Positions 58,301 to 64,000 of a DNA stretch of 64,000 nt are shown in pieces (position 1 is the first letter of the stretch; every line of letters starts with the position of its first letter). Position numbers and translations under genes: made by a program. Under the pieces are notes generated by a model. The model was not told where the DNA came from. It did no database searches and saw nothing but the letters and a program-made list of their open reading frames with translations. The DNA lies in assembly GCA_964016885.1 (NCBI GenBank), contig OZ024740.1, positions 117,986,001 to 118,050,000 on the forward strand, given 5' to 3'. The DNA comes from Eledone cirrhosa (lineage: Eukaryota).

Positions 58301-60868
58301 CTAAAAGTAAGGAGCGAGACGTTCCCAGAAAAGACTCTAGACGCTTAAAGAAGTCTGGTCGTGATTGCGATTGCCTGGTTGGGGCGTAAACGGCCACCAG
58401 TCTGAAGGCTCCACCTCCAATACTGTTCACGTTTAGGACTACCAGTCTACCCTCCGGGTCCAAATGTACTTGCAGTATTTCGATGTCCAGGTTTTTCCGA
58501 AACATGACAGCTACTCCCCCTCCACCTCCTGGCTGACAGAGAGATGCGTAGATCTCAAAGTCGTCGAAGATGGGGGTCAGCTGCTGTCTGTTGTCGATCC
58601 TTGACTTAGTGATGGCTATCACATATATATCGTGTGACCTAAGGTCGTTTAAGAGTTTTCCCTGTTTCCAGGGCATCTCTAGGCCACGCACATTCACACT
58701 TCCAACTCGTAAATCAGCCATGTTGGTGTAGAAGAGTTGGCAAAACAAGGACGAATGGATGCACTTATCTTTCCATTTCCTGGAGATCGGGTTGTTCGAT
58801 CTCTATTTCAGTTTTGGTGGGGGTGTTGAGTGAGGTGGGGAAACATTTCAACAGGACACGGTTTATTGGTTTTTTACATGGGTTGGCAACGTTCTGTGAA
58901 AATTTGTTCTTTAGTTTTTGGTAGGTTTCTACCGGAACCCATATTAGTTTGAGGTGTGGTGCAGTGTCAGATTTTACAAATGTTTTCCCCTCAGTTTCCA
59001 CTTTGGGGTCCTGGGAGATGATCTCTATTAAATTGTTATTGTTGGTGTTGATGTATGTATATTGTTGTTTTTGTTTTGGTTGAGTTGTTTTAGTTTGCTG
59101 TTTGTCTGTGAGTTTTCTTTTTTGTGTTCGGGGTGGTGTTAGTGTTTGTTTTGTTGGTAGGGAGAGGTTTGGTTGTGGTGTTGCTTGTGTTGTTGTTTGT
59201 GTCTGTGTTTGTGTGTTGGTGCTGGTGATTGGAGGTTTTGGGGTTTTGCGGTGTCTCTTTTTTTGTTTTGTTTTATTTCTGAGGTTCTTCTTCTTCTTCA
59301 CTTAAAGAAGGAGAAGCAGTCTCATCCGTCGATGAATGATCATCGTCAGGAGTGTGGGGTAGGGAATGTTGTGTGGTGATGGTGTTTCGGTCTGTGCGTT
59401 TGTGGTAATGTTTGATGAAGTGGGATGGTGGTGTTGTGTCCTTCAGAGGTGTTGTCTTTTTTTTCTGTTTTTGGTTGAGTGTCTGTTTGTTTTGGTGAGT
59501 TTGCTTGTTTCGTCTGTTGTTGTACTTGTGGTGGGTGGTGGTTGTTTTGATGTTGGTGTTGGTAATAGTGTTTTTTAATGATGTTGTTGTGGTGTGTTTG
59601 TGAAGGACAGGAGGTATTTAGGTGTGTTGTGCTACCACAGCGAAAGCAATGAGGTGTACCCCCTCCACTGAAATGCCTATTTTGTTGTTGTCGTCGATGA
59701 CGACTTTTTCGGGCATTTTGGAGATTCTCTCCGGCCTCATCTGCATCAGAATCTCCAAATCAGTACCCGCCCACCTTTGTCTAATAGACTTCCGTATCGA
59801 AAGAATAACATCAGTCTCTTGCTCCACGAAGCCAGCCAAGATCCATCAGATGTTAATGTTTGGTGGTATATTTTTTATTTTTATTTTTGTGTCCTTTTTC
59901 CCATGTACGTAGAGGAAAAGGTGAATGCTTTTGACACCATTGGTGTCAACGAATGTTTTTGGGCGAGTGCCTCGCTTTTAAACAGTACGGAAATACTTCC
60001 GTACTGTCTTCCACGTTGAAGAAAATCGATATTTTCTAATCTCCTTCAAGATGGCTTCTATGCCTCCTTGACTCACAAATATTGGCTTTCTCGTTGTGTT
60101 TGAGACAGTCCTGAAGGTCACTGTCCTTCGAACCGTCTCTTCTTTTATTTCGAGGGGTGAGTTGATTCTAAACCCACCCTTGTCTTAGAAAGTTACAAAT
60201 GTTCTCCCTTGCTGGAGCATACCCCTTGCATTGGAGATGTCAAGATTTATAGAATCTTGTTTTTTGTTCACTGTTTCAGCGAAAGACATTTTTTGTGGTG
60301 TTGCTGTTGTTGTTGTTGTTGCTGTTGTTGTCTTTGTCAGCCTCGGTGTTAGAAATCGCAATTTCTTGACGAGGTGAAATTTTATCTGTAGATGTATCTA
60401 TGGAGTTGTTGTTGTTGTCTTTTTCATGTGTATGTATATTAATAGGTTTAATTCCTGTGTTTTCCTGTGTATGTTGTGTGGTATTTTTCTCCGCTTCGAC
60501 GGTAGAAATTTTAAAATGTTCAAGTGGCAATATTATTTTTTCTTTGTTGACAGTCGTATCCATGACGACGTCCATAGTGGCAGAAGCAGACATAGCGTTA
60601 ATATCTGCCTTTCTACCTCTCTTCTCTCTGTTAACGTTCTCCGGCGTTATTCATGTTATTCATGTTTTATAGTCGGCAAAATTTGATTTTTAAAAAAATT
60701 TTTAAATTAAATTTTCGCTCCTAAAGGGGCGAAAAAAGGGTTACCACCCAGCTGAGAATTCAGCTTGGGGATTAATTTACAAGATGATATGTTCTTTCAA
60801 ACAATCAGTTCAGTTTTTTGTATAGAAATTTACAAAAAAGCTTACCAGCGATGTTCCACGCGTCAGGC
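55328..60868 (-). mobile_element. Full-length but decayed Tx1/L1-clade LINE, family B
   Basis: ORF1 remnants ~58765-60655. ORF2 runs from 58721 (MADLRVGSVNVRG) to 55563 with many frameshifts and an internal deletion near 56395. AGAT repeats on both sides. Confidence 0.93.
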
Positions 60869-60884
60869 AGATAGATAGATAGAT

Positions 60885-63800
60885 TTCTTTATTTACCATA
60901 AAGGTATAAAAAGAAGGGACAAATACAAAGGGGGAGTTTACATAAAACCGAGTAAAAAGGGTATAAAATGAAAATAATCAAAAACAACCTCAAAAGGGAG
61001 GGTACGTGATGGGGGTTGCACACCCCTCCGAAAAAGTGTGCAATCCTTTGCCCGGGGAGCACATGGAGAAGGTGCTCCCCCTCTCCTTCACTTCTTTACC
61101 TACAGGATGGTATACAGAGAAGGCCCATTTACACGAGCCATTCTCGCCACTATCACCCACCTTTCATAAAACAGCCTGTGGCCAAGCACCTCTCTCTCCA
61201 TTCTTATCCTTCTTCTGAAGTGATATCGGAAGAAGTAGACCAGACTATGGCCAGAGACGAAGTTGCCTGACCTCAGACCTTTCAATCGTGTCCACCAAAC
61301 AATGTCTTTCAACATGGCTATTACGCACAGAAAAATCGCCTTTGCTTCCTTTGTAAAGAGGGGAGGCGGCTTGATTGTTACCACGGACTCGGCGGTCAAT
61401 CGAATCGGCGCCACCCGCGACAGCAGTCGTTCGGCGTAGCCCCACAGATCAGCCACGCCCGGACAGTGCACCAATGCGTGCGCAACGGTTTCTTCGTGAC
61501 GCACGCATCTAGGGCAAATCTTTTTCGAGGGATCCCTGCCCGGGCGCCCGTGTCTGTAGAGCTTTTCTCGAACGGGTAGAGCCCCCGGTAGCACTGCCAG
61601 GCCAGTGACTTCTGGAAGTTGTCCGTTGGTCCGGGGCCGAAAGTCCTACCGAACAGGCTGGCCAGTTCGTCCTCTTCCATGTCCAGCGACTCTCCAAGGG
61701 TGTCATCGCCCCTGCTAGCCACCAGCCCTCTATAGAATGACGAGGTAGATTCTTCACAGATGGCCGGCTCCGCTTGCCAGAGAGCCCTGAGCGCCTGGGC
61801 ACACTCAGTGTGCCAGTCGCCCAGTTTTCCGGATCTTTGCTTGACCCAGGACTGCAGCTCGGTGAGCGAGACGAGTCTCGGAAAGGCTCGTCTCACGAAC
61901 GGAGCCCACACCTGTTTACCAGTGAGGAATACCTGTAGGTGCCGTAGCCTTAATGCGTGCCTACGCATCATCAACCACGGCATCCCCAGCCCTCCTTTCG
62001 AAGGTTGCTGGCAGCAGATGGATCTTCTCACCATAGGAGGGCGCTTCTTCCAAAGAAATTGAAAGAGCATGCGTTCCATGGTGGTGAGTGTTTCCTTAGG
62101 GCAAGGCACGACAGTCAGGCGGTAGTAGGTGACGGACGCTATGTAAATGTTCGCCACCTCCGCCCGACCTTTCAGGGACAGCTTACACTTGGCCCATTTC
62201 TGGGTCAGTGCAAACACCTTGCTCGTAACCTCGCCCCAGTTCTTTTCCACCTGGAGGTCCGGTCCAAACCAGACCCCAAGCAACTTCACCGGGCCCTCCG
62301 TCCAGTGTCCGACGACACCGTCGGGAGGCATCGGTCTGCCTCTCCACGTTCCGAGTTGCAGCACGATGGATTTTTCCCGGTTCAGTTTCGCTCCTGACAA
62401 CCTTTCGTATTCCTCCAGTAAGGTACCGATCGTCTCGATCTCCGAGTCGGTTGATACCATTACTGTTACGTCATCGGCGTAGGCCGACACCGCTTTGCTC
62501 AATCCTGGTTCCAGGGGGGTACGCTGCAACAACTCCAACTTCCTCAGTAAACGCTCGAGAGCCAATACGTACAGAAGGGAGGAGAGAGGGCACCCCTGTC
62601 GAATGAATCGTGTGATTTCGAACGGCTTCGAAAGGTAGCCGTTCACCTTGATCCTAGAACAGATGTGGTTGCTATGTAAGGCAGTGATCCAGCCTCTGAA
62701 AACAGGACCGAACCCAGCCGCCGCTAGTACCGCATCCAGGTAACCATGGTTGACCCTATCGAACGCCTTAGACTTATCCAAGGTGATCAGGGCCCCACCG
62801 AAGCCGGGTTTGTTGCCAACCCTCTCTATGATGTATCGCATGAGGTGGAGGTTGTCGTGAATGGACCTGGATGGGATAGCACATGTCTGCGCATCTCCCA
62901 CCAGGCTACCCACGACAAGCGCCAACCTCTTTGCTAACACCTTGGCCAAAATCTTTAACTCTGTGTTTAGCAGTGTTATGGGCCGAAAATTATTTATACT
63001 ATCCCCCTTGTTCTCGTCCTTCCTCACCAGCGAGACTACGCCCTTGGCTACAGAACAAGGAATTCTCCCGTTCTGCTGCCAATTGCAGTAGACTGCTTCG
63101 AGGAGTTTGGAGAAGAAGAGCGGCATTGCTAAATAAAGTTCGTAAGGTATACCATCGAGACCTGGAGATTTGCGTCTGCTGCATTGGCTCAGTGCATCCC
63201 CGATCTCATTAGCCGAGATTGGTCCCTCGCAGGACTCTGCCTCTTCGCTCGAGAGACGCGGCAGGCCGTCGAGGTATGGACCGAAATCCACGTCCCCGCC
63301 CGCACCCCCGCCTCCCCCGAACAATCGGGCAAAGTGCTTTTGAAAGGCCTCGCACATCTGCTTAGGCTCCCGGATCACCCGTCCATCCTCGTCTTGCAAA
63401 GACCGGATGGTGGATCGATTTCCACTCTTAGCTTCTGTCACGCGGGCCCAGCCAACGGCTTTGGCCCCCTCATTACCTAGAGCACGTATTTTATTTCGAA
63501 TGACGCAGCCTTCGTGCTTTGCATCTAAAAACTGGCTCAAGGCCGTCCTCGATGCCAGCACTCTGGCCACATCTTCGCTCTTGATTGCCTCTTCTAATTC
63601 ACCTGTTAATTCTTTCTCGTTCCTATTCCTATCGGCAGCTAACATCTTGCTATAACTTATTGATTCTGTTCTAATATCTCTTTTGAGAGATGCCCACTAT
63701 CGGTTGTGGACGATTGCACCCGTCAACCTCTCATTAACTAATCTGCTAATCCGGTTTTCTGTAAGCCTCTTTTGCCGGTAAAGACAAATTAAGTTTCCAG

Positions 63801-64000
63801 TAACCGGGACCCTGTCTATGTGTCTCTCGAGGTTGACTACGCAGGTCACTAACTTGTGATCTGTATAGCCAACCGTGAGCATTTCTGGACAGCTCAATGT
63901 GTCCCTATCCTTACTTCTAACTAAGAATCTATCTAAGTACGATCTAGATTGACTACTGTGGTTCGTCCAAGTCCAGGTTGGCACAGTTGGAAAATCTAGT
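60885..64000 (-). mobile_element. Tx1/L1-clade LINE (related to family B), ORF2 running off the window end
   Basis: 749-aa RT frame 61396-63645 (LDKSKAFDRV, RQGCPLS, AYADD); C-terminal CPRC..H..C in 61100-61594; APE end GYTDHK in 63697-63984; (AGAT)4 at its 3' end. Confidence 0.95.

Overview
Non-genic, AT-rich eukaryotic DNA packed with (TA)n, (CA)n, (GA)n and (AAT)n microsatellites and retroelements. The SINEs and overall texture suggest an octopus-like cephalopod (inference). No intact host gene is visible, and most long ORFs in the track (poly-YI, CV, HT) are microsatellite artefacts. Identifiable elements: five Tx1/L1-clade LINE copies, one near-intact and full length, each abutting (AAT)n/(GAT)n or (AGAT)n tracts; five Penelope-like (PLE) coding remnants, three of them GIY-YIG-only fragments with the Naiad-type CxCx5C motif; two decayed RTE-like LINEs; several tRNA-derived SINEs; and possible decayed LRR/Toll-like gene remnants. 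The main signal the ORF track does not show is a very dense set of type I hammerhead ribozyme (HHR) motifs. By eye I count about 26: 8 complete with canonical core, 1 with a compensatory U3-A8 core, 11 mutated or degenerate, and 6 halves. They come from many unrelated sequence families. Several sit in non-coding, terminally redundant ~420-460 bp units (retrozyme-like) or in non-coding ~1 kb elements with HHR-bearing inverted termini. All folds were paired by hand and none has been tested for activity.
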